A DNA stretch of 64,000 nt from Candidatus Latescibacterota bacterium (GCA_965204375.1 OZ241986.1:5664001-5728000), one strand, 5' to 3'; positions 39,153-49,495 are shown, counted from the stretch's first letter. Numbers and translations are program-made. Notes: generated from the sequence alone by a model not told the origin.

Positions 39153-41150
39153 TTAATCCTCCCGAACCAATACAATAAGATCATCCGATTCACTTAGCAT
39201 ATATGGTTCATCACGCGCCGGATTGAGCGCGACCCCACTGTTTTGCAAGCGCATACCCAGCGCGATTTCGCCCCGACATGCCGACATCTCCACAATCTGC
39301 CCAAAACTCACATTTTTACCTGCTATACCGTAATCTGAAACCCTGCGAAAGCAAATCTCTGCACCACCGGCGGCAAATAACTCTTCATAAACGACATTGA
39401 GTTCCCGACGCAATGCAACTTGTGCCAGCACATGGCTTGCGATCATTGGCGTAATCAATACCTCGGTATCGTAATCTTCAAACAACGCCACATTGTCGGG
39501 ATCCATTAAATCGACCAGAATTTCTGGTTTATGCGTGACCTCATCCAGCACATTCCTCAGCACCAGATGTACCACAATCGTCCGCGCATCCGACTCTTCC
39601 TGTGTCTCTACCCAGTCACTGCCCAAAATAACCACATTATCATACCTACCTGGATCCATTTCTCTTAAATTTGATAGCGAAGTAGTCTCACCTTCGCGAT
39701 GAGTGACAACCACGCGGCGCAGATCAATGTCTTTTTGTTCTATCTCTGCTTCTCTTTGCTCCAAAGGTACAAGAGACAAAACCGCGACCTCAAACTGTTC
39801 ATCAGCCTGTCTGTCGAACTCTTTGAGCAAAGCCACTGCTTTGTGGTTCCATCCCAAAATTAAGATGCGTCTTTTGCCTTTTTCCCTCACATAGGGCACT
39901 TCTTGAAATTTATGCGATACGCGTTCTATCTGATAATTTTTCAGGGGTTCACAATTCCCGTAATCTTCTGCCAAAAAGACCAGCCGGTCTTCTGATTCCA
40001 AAATTAGATCCCCGGGCGGATTGAGCATGGGGCAAAACGCCTCACCCTGGGGACGCACTATGCCCAGCAAAACCGCTTTGGGATACGCACCTGATAGATC
40101 CCCAAAACGAAAACCCGTAAACTCCTCGCACATTCGCACATAGACCTCATTGCCAAGCCCGTGCGATAAAATATCATGGAACACATGCGACAATCCCGGG
40201 TGACGCACATTTTGCGCCATACATCGCGTAATAAAAACATCGCTCGCCAAAATTTCTAAAATGCCCCGATAGGCTCTTTTTGCCATAACCACTTTGTTGG
40301 AATCGAAGATTTCCGTCACCAGCAAAGGCAGATCTTCTTTAGTATCCCCCTTCCCACCCTGATTCGATATCGACATCAGTGTTTTTATAATGCGCATATC
40401 CGACTCATCCGCGCTGCCATAAGCAAAATCAGCCCCGGGCAAAATAATAACACTCGCATTTTTGAAATCTACGCGCTCCAGATGTTCTATCCGCAGGGGT
40501 ATTCCCGACCGAAATGTGATCTTCTTGGCATTCCACACAGGACCGAGTGCTCTCCGCAATTCCACTGTGCGCTCCAAACTCACATCTTCAGACAGAATCA
40601 CCACATGTAACCCACGCGCACCGAGCAGTTGCAAAAACCGGCGCACACGCCCTTCAGCGCGCATCAACTCGCTGACAATTTCAGACGTGCGATTGGTCCA
40701 TCCCAAAATCAAAATGTGATTGCGACGCACGATAGGCGTAAGCCCGCGCTCAAAATTGCGGATCGTCTGATTGAGCCATTGCGTCATAATCGCGATCAAC
40801 GACCCCATAAAAAGCACATATCCCAGCACTGTCACCACCGTTGAAATCACGCGGCGGGCAAGCCCTTCGTCATCTCCCAAATAACCCGGATCGGTCAAAC
40901 GCAAAAATGCCCACCAGATCGCTGTTTCGCGATCATCAAAAGGCGCGTCCGTTTCCTGCACCAGCACCCCACCACCAACGGCGACCAGCCCGATCAACGA
41001 GGCAATGACCAGCAGATGAAAATGGACGCCCAGTAACAACAATCGCTCAACGCGAAATTTCAGGTAATTTTTTACTCGCGCAAACGGGTCAGTAGTTCGC
41101 GATCGCAATTTGAAAAAAAGATTTTCCAATACAACCACCTTGTCAATCAA
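39153..41150 (-). CDS. CASTOR/POLLUX (DMI1)-like ion channel
   Basis: Pore WWAFLRLTDPGYLGDD; two RCK-like domains (HILILGW, RILILGW). Confidence 0.85.
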   Translation of the reverse strand: MIDKVVVLENLFFKLRSRTTDPFARVKNYLKFRVERLLLLGVHFHLLVIASLIGLVAVGGGVLVQETDAPFDDRETAIWWAFLRLTDPGYLGDDEGLARRVISTVVTVLGYVLFMGSLIAIMTQWLNQTIRNFERGLTPIVRRNHILILGWTNRTSEIVSELMRAEGRVRRFLQLLGARGLHVVILSEDVSLERTVELRRALGPVWNAKKITFRSGIPLRIEHLERVDFKNASVIILPGADFAYGSADESDMRIIKTLMSISNQGGKGDTKEDLPLLVTEIFDSNKVVMAKRAYRGILEILASDVFITRCMAQNVRHPGLSHVFHDILSHGLGNEVYVRMCEEFTGFRFGDLSGAYPKAVLLGIVRPQGEAFCPMLNPPGDLILESEDRLVFLAEDYGNCEPLKNYQIERVSHKFQEVPYVREKGKRRILILGWNHKAVALLKEFDRQADEQFEVAVLSLVPLEQREAEIEQKDIDLRRVVVTHREGETTSLSNLREMDPGRYDNVVILGSDWVETQEESDARTIVVHLVLRNVLDEVTHKPEILVDLMDPDNVALFEDYDTEVLITPMIASHVLAQVALRRELNVVYEELFAAGGAEICFRRVSDYGIAGKNVSFGQIVEMSACRGEIALGMRLQNSGVALNPARDEPYMLSESDDLIVLVRED

Positions 41151-41971
41151 TCATCAACAACATCGGTAAAACGCACATCAGACGGTATGAGCTTGCGTCT
41201 GGACAATTCCTTTTTAATACGACTGGTAAGATCAGTGGCGAAACTGTTCTCGTAGCGCGTGTCAAATACGTACGCTTTCACCACGAGGTGTGTCAGATGA
41301 GTCTCTTCAAATTTATCCTTGACATTGACCACCACTGGCTTTTTAAGATATGCGAGCCTGGAAGTAAGCACGGCTTCGTGAGCCACGTCCTCAATCTCTT
41401 TCAGGTCAGCCCGTGCTGGCAGGTATATATCTACAACAACCTGGCAGTCGAGGTTCCCGGCATTGGTGTTCGACACACCAGAGGTCAGTAACGTGGAGTT
41501 CGGTACGGTGACGAGTGAGTCATCAATCGTCTGTAGCTTTGTGCTGCGCAGACCAATTGACACGACTTCGCCGTAATAAGAGCCTACTGTCACGCGATCG
41601 CCGATTTGGAAGGATCGATCAAACAGCACGACGATACCGCCAATAAGATCATTGAGCAAATCTTTCGCAGCAAGCCCAAGTGCCAGGGCGATTGATCCCA
41701 GCAGGGCGAGCAGGGTATTCTGTTCGGGTGCGATAATAACGATAGAATAATAAATCGCAACCCCGTAAATACCGATACGCAACAGGGGCTGGACGCGCTT
41801 GAATAGCAAGCGATGTGAAGGAAATCGGTTGGCCCCAAAATCCAATATAAGACGGATAACCGTTGTCACCGCATAAGCTATCGCAATCACCAGCAGGGCA
41901 GCCACGATTTTGGTAGCGTTAATATGTAAGCCACCGTTTCCTGTGAGTTGTTCGAGAGGGGAAGTATCCAT
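41147..41971 (-). CDS. MscS family mechanosensitive channel
   Basis: LGLAAKD, FQIGDRV, IGLRST, VTVPN. Confidence 0.9.
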   Translation of the reverse strand: MDTSPLEQLTGNGGLHINATKIVAALLVIAIAYAVTTVIRLILDFGANRFPSHRLLFKRVQPLLRIGIYGVAIYYSIVIIAPEQNTLLALLGSIALALGLAAKDLLNDLIGGIVVLFDRSFQIGDRVTVGSYYGEVVSIGLRSTKLQTIDDSLVTVPNSTLLTSGVSNTNAGNLDCQVVVDIYLPARADLKEIEDVAHEAVLTSRLAYLKKPVVVNVKDKFEETHLTHLVVKAYVFDTRYENSFATDLTSRIKKELSRRKLIPSDVRFTDVVDD

Positions 41972-41994
41972 GATGCTCAGATTCCTGTTTCAGA

Positions 41995-44565
41995 TTACAA
42001 GAGACCGCGTCCTTCCAGCATTTCCTCTACGGCATCCAAACCGATGGGATTGATGCGGAAACGCGCCGATTCCTGATCGAACTCGAGAATATTGTCGTTC
42101 CACAGAATCTCGAGTTCCAATCTGGTCTGGATGAGATCTTTGTCGAGTATTGTCGATAATTCGGCAGCAGTAAGATTGTCGTGCTGCAGCACCGCGATTA
42201 AAATAAAAGCCTGATCAAGCGAGAAATTGCGCACAATACCAAGGTCAATTTCGCTGACGGGATTAACCATAAGGAGTTCGTTTTCCGAAGACTCAATCGA
42301 CCGCAACCAGTACAGAAGAGCGACAGAAATATTCTCCTTGCAGATCTCCGCCAGATTTTTGAAATAGATCTGGGCCAGCGCGTCCTGAACGGCTGGCTCT
42401 TCTGACCGTCGCCAGCGACGCACGCGCCGCCGCAAAACTTTTTCCAACTCCTTATTTATAGCATAGCGCAAACGATAGCCACTCTGGTTGTGACGCTGCA
42501 TAATCATCATCTGTAACTCCGCCGGTTGCCACACGCGAATTCCGACCTCAAAGTGAAATAGGCGATTCAGGGGCAGCCACATACCGAGATAGTTGCGCGC
42601 ATGCTGGTCAAGAGAAATACCCCAGAGTATGTGGTGATTAGTACGCGCGATGAGCCAAAGCAGGTGCTGGATCGCATCCAGACCCCCGATACTTTTGAGA
42701 AACAGATTGTGACACTCTTCGAGTATCACAGTACGTCGTGGTCCTTGCAGCAAGCTCAGAGCCAGATCGTCAAAACTCGCCACATCCTCGATCTCAAGGA
42801 CATTTGCCAGATAGGACACCAGCTCAGATTCGGTCGTCATCTTGCGCTCAATTGCGGATCGAGTTACGACCGAAGCGTCGTCGAACAATCGCAAGATGGC
42901 AATATTCAAAAGCGTCGTTTTGCCCGCGCCCCGTTGCCCGAATAAAATAATGGAAGAAGTAAGGCCATCTTCCCAGCGCTGAATCGCCTGATCAATTGTA
43001 GCCAGTTCGTCGTCAAATCCGACAAATAACGTCTCGTCATTCAAAGAATCGAAAGCGAAATGAGCGACGTAGTCTTCAGGTAGTCCGAGTTGCCTGATTG
43101 ACTCCAAATTGGCCTGATCGAGTGCCAGACGGACTTCGCGATCGACCGGTGCCATTAAACCCAGGCGACGCAACACGGGTTTGATGATACTGGAAACAGC
43201 ATTGAATAGCACAACTCCCTGTGCCCGAAGAAATGAAAATAAGCGCAGCAATACCTGTCTGCACGCTCTCAGTGCTGTCAGAATTCTCTGGCGGACAAAT
43301 CGCCCGAGCTTTGTAATCCAGAACGCAATCCAGCCATACCGAACAGCATCCTGACCGACCAGTTCCAGCCTCTCCTGATGCTCGCATTCAAGCTCCCACA
43401 GCAATGACTCCCACGCCATTCGGGCATAGTCGTTGAGGTCTCGCAATCGATTGATCGCGCGATTGAACCCCATCTGAACATCGGGCAATAGTGTGCCATC
43501 GTCCTGCGACAGGCCATTATCAACCGTATTGAGAACATATCTCAGCGTACTAAAAACACTGTCCAACCCCTCGAGCGATCCTTCAACACGGATTTTTTCG
43601 AATTGCTGATAAGAGGTATCGGCTCTATTCTCCAAATCGCTGAAATGGGAAGCACCAATCTGGCGCAGTGGAACAAGCCGGTAGCTGGTTCGATCTTTCC
43701 AATTCAGATCGTGCTCATAACTGACCTTTTCTGACACATTGTCGAAAACCGTGGCAGAGTTTTGGAATGCGTCCCGATTTAAAGCCTCCACCTCAGCCAA
43801 CATATTGGGATTACATAAATCCGCATGAAACGAGTCGAAAATGTGTTGCACATTTTCGCGCGTCTGGGGAAGTGATTCTTTCAGAGCCTGAGGACGGCGG
43901 CGTAGTTGGATCGATACATCTTGTTGTATCCTCCTTAAGTCCTCGATTACGGACTCCGCACGCTGGCGGACAGAGTGCAGGTCTTTCTCTTGCTCAGCAC
44001 GCACTATTTGGCGCACCTCAAATAGTTGGCGTCGGATGTTCCCAATAGCTACCCTGTAGCCCGTAATCTCCTCTGGAGGATCAACGTAGTTATGAGTAAG
44101 ACGAATAAGATCGACCAATCGCGGGCAGCGCAATAGACGCAGCAATCGCAGATCGAACAACACGATAGAAAAGAAAAAATTTAGAATGACAATGAGATCG
44201 GCGATCTGCAGCGGGCGAAGTCCAAAACGCAACCGGGTGGCAAGGTGTGTTCCCCCAGCGGCCTGGACAGACCACATACGCGCCAGATATTCAACAATGA
44301 GCAAGCCAATAAATAGCCATTCGAACCAGTAAGAATAATAAAGAAAATAATAATGCAGGATATCTTTACCCGGCCACCACTCGAACCGCTGCAGATACGC
44401 CATGAGGGTTTTCGGCCACCATATATCGAGGCATTGAACACCCGTACTAAAGAGCACAAGAACGAGTATTGCCCAGTTGATTCGCCGGCTGAACAAGTCG
44501 CCAGGACCGGCGACTTCGAGAATTTCGTATGTTCGATTTTTTATTTTTTTAAAAAAGGCGATCAT
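41995..44565 (-). CDS. Voltage-sensor-like (Ion_trans S1-S4) domain fused to a P-loop ATPase
   Basis: VEYLARMW (S2), ADLIVIL (S3), LRLLRLLRCPRL (S4); Walker A GQRGAGKT, Walker B VILEE. Confidence 0.78.
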   Translation of the reverse strand: MIAFFKKIKNRTYEILEVAGPGDLFSRRINWAILVLVLFSTGVQCLDIWWPKTLMAYLQRFEWWPGKDILHYYFLYYSYWFEWLFIGLLIVEYLARMWSVQAAGGTHLATRLRFGLRPLQIADLIVILNFFFSIVLFDLRLLRLLRCPRLVDLIRLTHNYVDPPEEITGYRVAIGNIRRQLFEVRQIVRAEQEKDLHSVRQRAESVIEDLRRIQQDVSIQLRRRPQALKESLPQTRENVQHIFDSFHADLCNPNMLAEVEALNRDAFQNSATVFDNVSEKVSYEHDLNWKDRTSYRLVPLRQIGASHFSDLENRADTSYQQFEKIRVEGSLEGLDSVFSTLRYVLNTVDNGLSQDDGTLLPDVQMGFNRAINRLRDLNDYARMAWESLLWELECEHQERLELVGQDAVRYGWIAFWITKLGRFVRQRILTALRACRQVLLRLFSFLRAQGVVLFNAVSSIIKPVLRRLGLMAPVDREVRLALDQANLESIRQLGLPEDYVAHFAFDSLNDETLFVGFDDELATIDQAIQRWEDGLTSSIILFGQRGAGKTTLLNIAILRLFDDASVVTRSAIERKMTTESELVSYLANVLEIEDVASFDDLALSLLQGPRRTVILEECHNLFLKSIGGLDAIQHLLWLIARTNHHILWGISLDQHARNYLGMWLPLNRLFHFEVGIRVWQPAELQMMIMQRHNQSGYRLRYAINKELEKVLRRRVRRWRRSEEPAVQDALAQIYFKNLAEICKENISVALLYWLRSIESSENELLMVNPVSEIDLGIVRNFSLDQAFILIAVLQHDNLTAAELSTILDKDLIQTRLELEILWNDNILEFDQESARFRINPIGLDAVEEMLEGRGLL

Positions 44566-44619
44566 AAATTAATCCACTGCAACAATCGTTCAATGCGAAA
44601 AATCAGATATTTTTTACCT

Positions 44620-44721
44620 TTAGTGTGTCGCGATCTCCGTCGCCAGATGCAAAACCGCATCGCCGCGATGCACCAGGGGCGATATGGTCCGTCCAATCAC
44701 CAGGCCATTCCTCCTTGAATT
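44620..44721 (-). pseudogene. 3' remnant of a succinylglutamate desuccinylase/aspartoacylase family gene
   Basis: Translates NGLVIGRTISPLVHRGDAVLHLATE*, no upstream ORF. Confidence 0.6.
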
Positions 44722-44915
44722 TCACGAATGCTTTCTGCCAGAAGTCTCAGGTTTTACTATAGCTGTCAAATCCTAAATAATCTGCTATGAGTCTATCTGT
44801 CAAGCATTTGTACACAGAAGCCCCGGACATTATTCAACGCCCAGGGCTTCTATTCCTTAGCGATCACAGCGTTATACAGATATTCCAAACACCAATCCAC
44901 ATATCGAGAATAGTG

Positions 44916-46535
44916 TTACTCTTCCTTTGAGTCCGAAGGGCTATTCTTGTTTATTTCTTCGAGACTCTGTGTCCATTGCTCCATCTGTTTTTTCGCCAGA
45001 TCGCGCCCTCCCATGCCGAACGCAATCGCGGCGGCGATAGCTGCTGAACCGAGGATGAGTCCGAAGGCGAGAGTAATGATCTCATTTGCGATGCCCATCT
45101 GCCCGAGTGCCATAAAGAGAGACAGTGCTACGATCGCAACCCGGACGATTGTACTGAGTATGCTGCCATAGGCACCCCCTTTTCTGGACGCGATGCGACC
45201 GAATATAGATGCGAGGTAAAGCCCGAAACCGAAGATCACCACGCCCAGGACGACCTTGCCAAATAGCAGCGTCAGCGTCACGAACATGCCTGCCAACTCC
45301 TGGAATCCGAGTTGCGCGGTTGCCTCAATAGCCGAGAAGAGGAGGACAGCCACCATGGCGACATATCCCGCTATTTGCGAAGGTGGACGATCCAACGCAA
45401 AGGTTGTCGCCACTGTTGAAGATGGGCGGTCCCCCTCAGAGGTCGCCTCCGCAATGGAAGGCGATTGTTCCTCAGCAACGGTCACTTCCGCTATTCCGAG
45501 GCGTTGTAGCAGCGTGTTGAAGCCTATTTGTCTGAGCACATCGTCAACTATGCGGGATACTAATTGAGCCACCAGATACCCGATGAGGAGGATACCTCCA
45601 GCGACCAGGATAGACGGTACTGCGGCCAATACCCCCTCCAGCATAGAACTGGCGGGATCGGAAATAGCCTCGAAGTTTAGCGATTCGAGTGCGGCGATCG
45701 CTGCGAATATCAAGATGACTGCATAAGACAATGTACCGGCAAGCCCCGAAAGGCTTTCGATACCCAGTCCAGTTGCCAGCCCCACGCGACGACCAAAATT
45801 GTTTATCCCGGTGGCGTCGAGGATGTTGGTGATTATCTGCTGGACGATGCGCGCACCGAGCCAGCCGATTAGCATGATGAGGGCGGCGGCGAACAGGTTG
45901 GGCAGGAAGCCGATAATTTTGGCCATCATTTGCTGTACTGGTTGTAGCAATCCCTGCAATCCCAGGACATCCAGGATAGCCGGGAGTAGCACGAGAAACG
46001 TGAGCCAGTACACCACGTTGCCGATTGTCTGCGGCAGCCCGCTCTCTGTTGCGGTCTCAAGCCCGGCTGGTTCAGCCAAACGTTGCTCGATATTTGCTCG
46101 TGATAGCACGGCCGTTACGATTCTTCGCAACAGACTACCCACGAGCCAGGCAATCAAAAGCAGCGAGGCGGCGCCCAACAGCTTGGGTAAGTAGATCAAA
46201 ATTTGGCTCAGCATCGCGTTGAGGGGGACGGTCACTGTCGTCAGGTCGAGTATCTGAAAGAAGGCAACGAGCACGAAGATCATCACCAGATAGAACACTG
46301 CCTTGCTGATCCAGCGTTCAACGTGGATGTTCGCGGCGGCGTCGCGGCCCATGACCAGTTCGAGCAATCTGTCATCTACTTGCGTTTTGAGCAGAACTCG
46401 ACGGACGACCCAGGACACCAGATGAGCCACTATCCATCCGAACACGAGGATAGTAAAAGGTAAGATGATATGTGCAAAGGGTGAGAAGTATTGCTCCCAC
46501 CATTCCCAACCTTCAAACATATTTGCTATTTCCAT
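44916..46535 (-). CDS. Conserved TM-helix repeat (MscS-associated/CmpX-like) membrane protein
   Basis: Repeated YLPKL/FLPNL..A..I units; AIAFGMGGR; RBS before ATG 46535. Confidence 0.85.
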   Translation of the reverse strand: MEIANMFEGWEWWEQYFSPFAHIILPFTILVFGWIVAHLVSWVVRRVLLKTQVDDRLLELVMGRDAAANIHVERWISKAVFYLVMIFVLVAFFQILDLTTVTVPLNAMLSQILIYLPKLLGAASLLLIAWLVGSLLRRIVTAVLSRANIEQRLAEPAGLETATESGLPQTIGNVVYWLTFLVLLPAILDVLGLQGLLQPVQQMMAKIIGFLPNLFAAALIMLIGWLGARIVQQIITNILDATGINNFGRRVGLATGLGIESLSGLAGTLSYAVILIFAAIAALESLNFEAISDPASSMLEGVLAAVPSILVAGGILLIGYLVAQLVSRIVDDVLRQIGFNTLLQRLGIAEVTVAEEQSPSIAEATSEGDRPSSTVATTFALDRPPSQIAGYVAMVAVLLFSAIEATAQLGFQELAGMFVTLTLLFGKVVLGVVIFGFGLYLASIFGRIASRKGGAYGSILSTIVRVAIVALSLFMALGQMGIANEIITLAFGLILGSAAIAAAIAFGMGGRDLAKKQMEQWTQSLEEINKNSPSDSKEE

Positions 46536-46590
46536 GGCAATTCCTTTCTCCATATTGAATGTTATCTTTTTTCCTGCCAGGCAAAATAAC

Positions 46591-46606
46591 AGCAAATCCC
46601 GTGCCA
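46591..46606 (-). promoter_or_regulatory. sigma54 promoter of the channel island
   Basis: TGGCAC-GGGAT-TTGCT on the minus strand. Confidence 0.78.
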
Positions 46607-46682
46607 CTCTTAGAGTCGCCCAATTTGGTGATTATTACATAGTGTTGTACGATATCGGGACCGGAGCTTGACAATCGGAGTC

Positions 46683-46734
46683 GTGACTACGACATTGTGA
46701 CTACGACATTTTGTCGTTACCAGTCATTTTGACG
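46683..46734. promoter_or_regulatory. Candidate enhancer (UAS) sites
   Basis: GTGACTACGACATT x2, palindrome ACGACA-TTT-TGTCGT; similar site at 48279-48293. Confidence 0.55.
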
Positions 46735-46834
46735 TAGTGCATAACATGAAGAGGTTGTATTCCACATAGTAATGATGTAACTTTCTTTCATCTCGCTTAA
46801 ATAATTTCAATTTTGATAGAGGTTCATACCACCG

Positions 46835-48247
46835 ATGCAGGCATTTTCCAGTCCAATCGCTTATACGCCTTTGCTCGGCAGCGTGTTTGTTGCCGATAGC
46901 AACCCGAAACACCTGGAAATCGTGACCAGAATCCTGCGAGAGAACGGTTGTGACGAAGTTGTCGGAGCGACTGATGGCACCGTCGCGGAGCAACTGCTCA
47001 AAACGCAGTCTCTGGATGTGGCGATCATAGATATCAACATGCCGGGTGGTATGCAGTTGCTGAACATAGCTATCACACTGACGCCACCGCTGCCGGTAGT
47101 TATCTTCACCTCTTATGCGACTGTAAAACAAGCGGTACAGGCCATGCGGTTAGGTGCCGTTGATTACGTGGTCAAGCCGGTTGATGCCAACGATCTGCTG
47201 ACTGCCGTACATCGTGCACTTGAACGCAAGCGGGTATTTGACCACGTTTCAGATAAACGGGTGGAGGCGAGGACGGAATTCGGCGAATTGCTGGGGACCT
47301 CTAATGCAATGCAGGCGGTGTTTGACCAGATCCGACGTGCGGCACCTTTCAAATCGACGGTTCTGATCACGGGCGAAAGTGGTACCGGGAAAGAGTTGGT
47401 AGCAAGTGCTATTCACTCTCTCAGTGCCGTGAGCAATGGGCCTTTTGTTGCCATCAATTGCTCGGCTCTGCCGGTGGGATTGGCTGATAGTGAGTTATTT
47501 GGACATGAGAAAGGTTCTTTTACCGGGGCGACACAGGACCGACAGGGGCTTTTTGAAGCAGCCCAGGGAGGGACCCTCTTCCTTGACGAAATAGGGGACT
47601 TAGATATGCAGGTGCAGACGAAATTATTGCGCGTGCTGGAAGAACAGAAAGTCCGACACCTTGGAGCAAGCCAATTTATCGATGTCAACGTGCGCGTTGT
47701 CGCGGCTTCAAATGTGGATCTGACGACGGCGGTCAAAATGGGACGATTCCGGGAAGACCTGTATTACCGCATCAACGTCATTCATATTTCCGTCCCATCC
47801 CTCAGATCTCGAAAGTCGGATATCCCTCTGCTGGTGCGGGTTTTTGCCGAGCGTTTCGTAGATCAGAACGGGATCACTCCCGTTGAAATAGCGGATCGAT
47901 GTCTCGACCGTATGGCCGAATACGACTGGCCGGGAAATGTCAGGGAACTAAAGAACATGGTTGAGCGTCTGGTGATCTATGCCGCAGACGGAAACAGGGC
48001 AATTGGAGAGAAAGATATCGAGTCCATTTTGCCAATTGATGATAGAACCACTTCCTTGGAAGATTCAGAATCTCAGAAATCGGATTTCGTGCCGAGAAGG
48101 CTGGACGAAGCAGAAAGGAAGATGATTTTAGATACGCTCAAGCATACCGGCGGAAATCGCACTCAGAGCGCCGACATTTTGGGTATCAGTGTGCGAACGC
48201 TGCAGCGGAAAATCACAGAGTACGGTGTTACGTCTCAGAAAACCTGA
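46835..48247 (+). CDS. NtrC/AtoC family sigma54-dependent response regulator
   Basis: Receiver DINMPG, GESGTGKE, GSFTGA, FLDEIG, WPGNVREL, Fis-type HTH. Confidence 0.95.
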   Translation: MQAFSSPIAYTPLLGSVFVADSNPKHLEIVTRILRENGCDEVVGATDGTVAEQLLKTQSLDVAIIDINMPGGMQLLNIAITLTPPLPVVIFTSYATVKQAVQAMRLGAVDYVVKPVDANDLLTAVHRALERKRVFDHVSDKRVEARTEFGELLGTSNAMQAVFDQIRRAAPFKSTVLITGESGTGKELVASAIHSLSAVSNGPFVAINCSALPVGLADSELFGHEKGSFTGATQDRQGLFEAAQGGTLFLDEIGDLDMQVQTKLLRVLEEQKVRHLGASQFIDVNVRVVAASNVDLTTAVKMGRFREDLYYRINVIHISVPSLRSRKSDIPLLVRVFAERFVDQNGITPVEIADRCLDRMAEYDWPGNVRELKNMVERLVIYAADGNRAIGEKDIESILPIDDRTTSLEDSESQKSDFVPRRLDEAERKMILDTLKHTGGNRTQSADILGISVRTLQRKITEYGVTSQKT

Positions 48248-48405
48248 ACCATCATTATTGTCCGTTTGTACATTATTCACGACATAATGTCGCATGATCG
48301 CGTAATTTGCATTCTACTTTCAATGGCTTACTATATCAATACCGGCTGGGTTAAAGACATCACGTTGGATGAGTTGGCACTGGAGTCTCTGGCAAAGGAG
48401 GGCGC

Positions 48406-48789
48406 ATGAGCGTGGTGCAGCAGCGGGGAATCTATTGCGTCCTCGCTTGTTTTTTGTTCGCTTCTTCTTTGGGTGTGGAAAGCCTCCTTATTCGTCTGGT
48501 CAATGGTCTGAGGCTGGAGGTGAGTTTGGATTATCGGCGATCATTGGGGAGCGTAAAATTGCGGTCGCGAGTGCGCAGTTTTACGGGGTTTACAGATCGG
48601 CATGTGGTGTCTTTAGAGAATTATAATTCACTCGCTTTTCCATTGGTTGGCGCGTTGAGTTTGTCTGTGCAGCAGAGCAATTTTTTGTATCGGGTCAATA
48701 AAATTCGCAATACGCCTGTTGATGGCATTGCCAATCGGTGGGATCTGACACTCGGTTTGGTTTATGATTTGGGGTGGAAGTGGTATTGA
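48406..48789 (+). pseudogene. Probable truncated or internally deleted outer-membrane protein gene
   Basis: Signal-like N-terminus joined to a few beta-strands with aromatic end; preceded by the orphan tail KDITLDELALESLAKEGA*. Confidence 0.4.
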
Positions 48790-48820
48790 GATCGAGCGTA
48801 ATTATGTTGATTTTACCTCA

Positions 48821-49108
48821 TCAAACAAGCTCAAACTTGCGAACCTTTATGTCGCTTGTTTTTGTTTGTATCTGGGCCAAGTCATAGTTTATTTGCTGAC
48901 GCAACCAGCTTTCTGCACTGCCGCCAAAAGCCTTCGAGAGACGTACTGCCATTTCCGTGGAAATGCCATTGTGTCCGTGAATCAGCCGAGATAAACTCGT
49001 GCGAGTTACACCCAATCCTTCGGCAGCTTCTGTAATGGACAGGCCAAGCGGCTCAAGACATTCTTCCAGAATAAATTTACCGGGATGAGGAGGATTCTTC
49101 ATGGGCAT
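48821..49108 (-). CDS. higA: HigA antitoxin
   Basis: [23 protein letters not shown]. Confidence 0.93.
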   Translation of the reverse strand: MPMKNPPHPGKFILEECLEPLGLSITEAAEGLGVTRTSLSRLIHGHNGISTEMAVRLSKAFGGSAESWLRQQINYDLAQIQTKTSDIKVRKFELV

Positions 49109-49120
49109 GATATTCTCCTT

Positions 49121-49399
49121 CTAATGATAGTCTTCATAATTGACATCGGCTACATCTGATTGTTCAAAGCGGAAGGTGACGCGCCAGTTTGCACGCACTG
49201 TGATGGCCCATAAGCCAGATCGATTTCCTCTGAGTGGGTGTAAACGAAAACCGGGAAAATTCATATCTACTGGACTTTCGGCGACTTCAAGACGTGCCAA
49301 GATATTTTTAAGTTTACTCACATGTTCCGGATTCACACCACGCGAGTCATCTCTTTTATAGAGTCGTCTCAATCCCCGATGTCTAAAATTCAATATCAA
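49121..49399 (-). CDS. higB: HigB/RelE-like toxin
   Basis: FRHRGL, LHPLRG, VRANWRVTFRF, DYH. Confidence 0.93.
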   Translation of the reverse strand: MILNFRHRGLRRLYKRDDSRGVNPEHVSKLKNILARLEVAESPVDMNFPGFRLHPLRGNRSGLWAITVRANWRVTFRFEQSDVADVNYEDYH

Positions 49400-49422
49400 A
49401 TGCTATGTCCCTAAAATTCTAA

Positions 49423-49451
49423 ATTTTAACAGATAATACAACACCTGTCAA
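49423..49451 (-). promoter_or_regulatory. sigma70 promoter of higBA
   Basis: TTGACA-N17-TAAAAT with extended TG. Confidence 0.7.
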
Positions 49452-49495
49452 TGCTAACAAGATGATATAAGTGTGTGAATTTGGTGTAATCCTTA

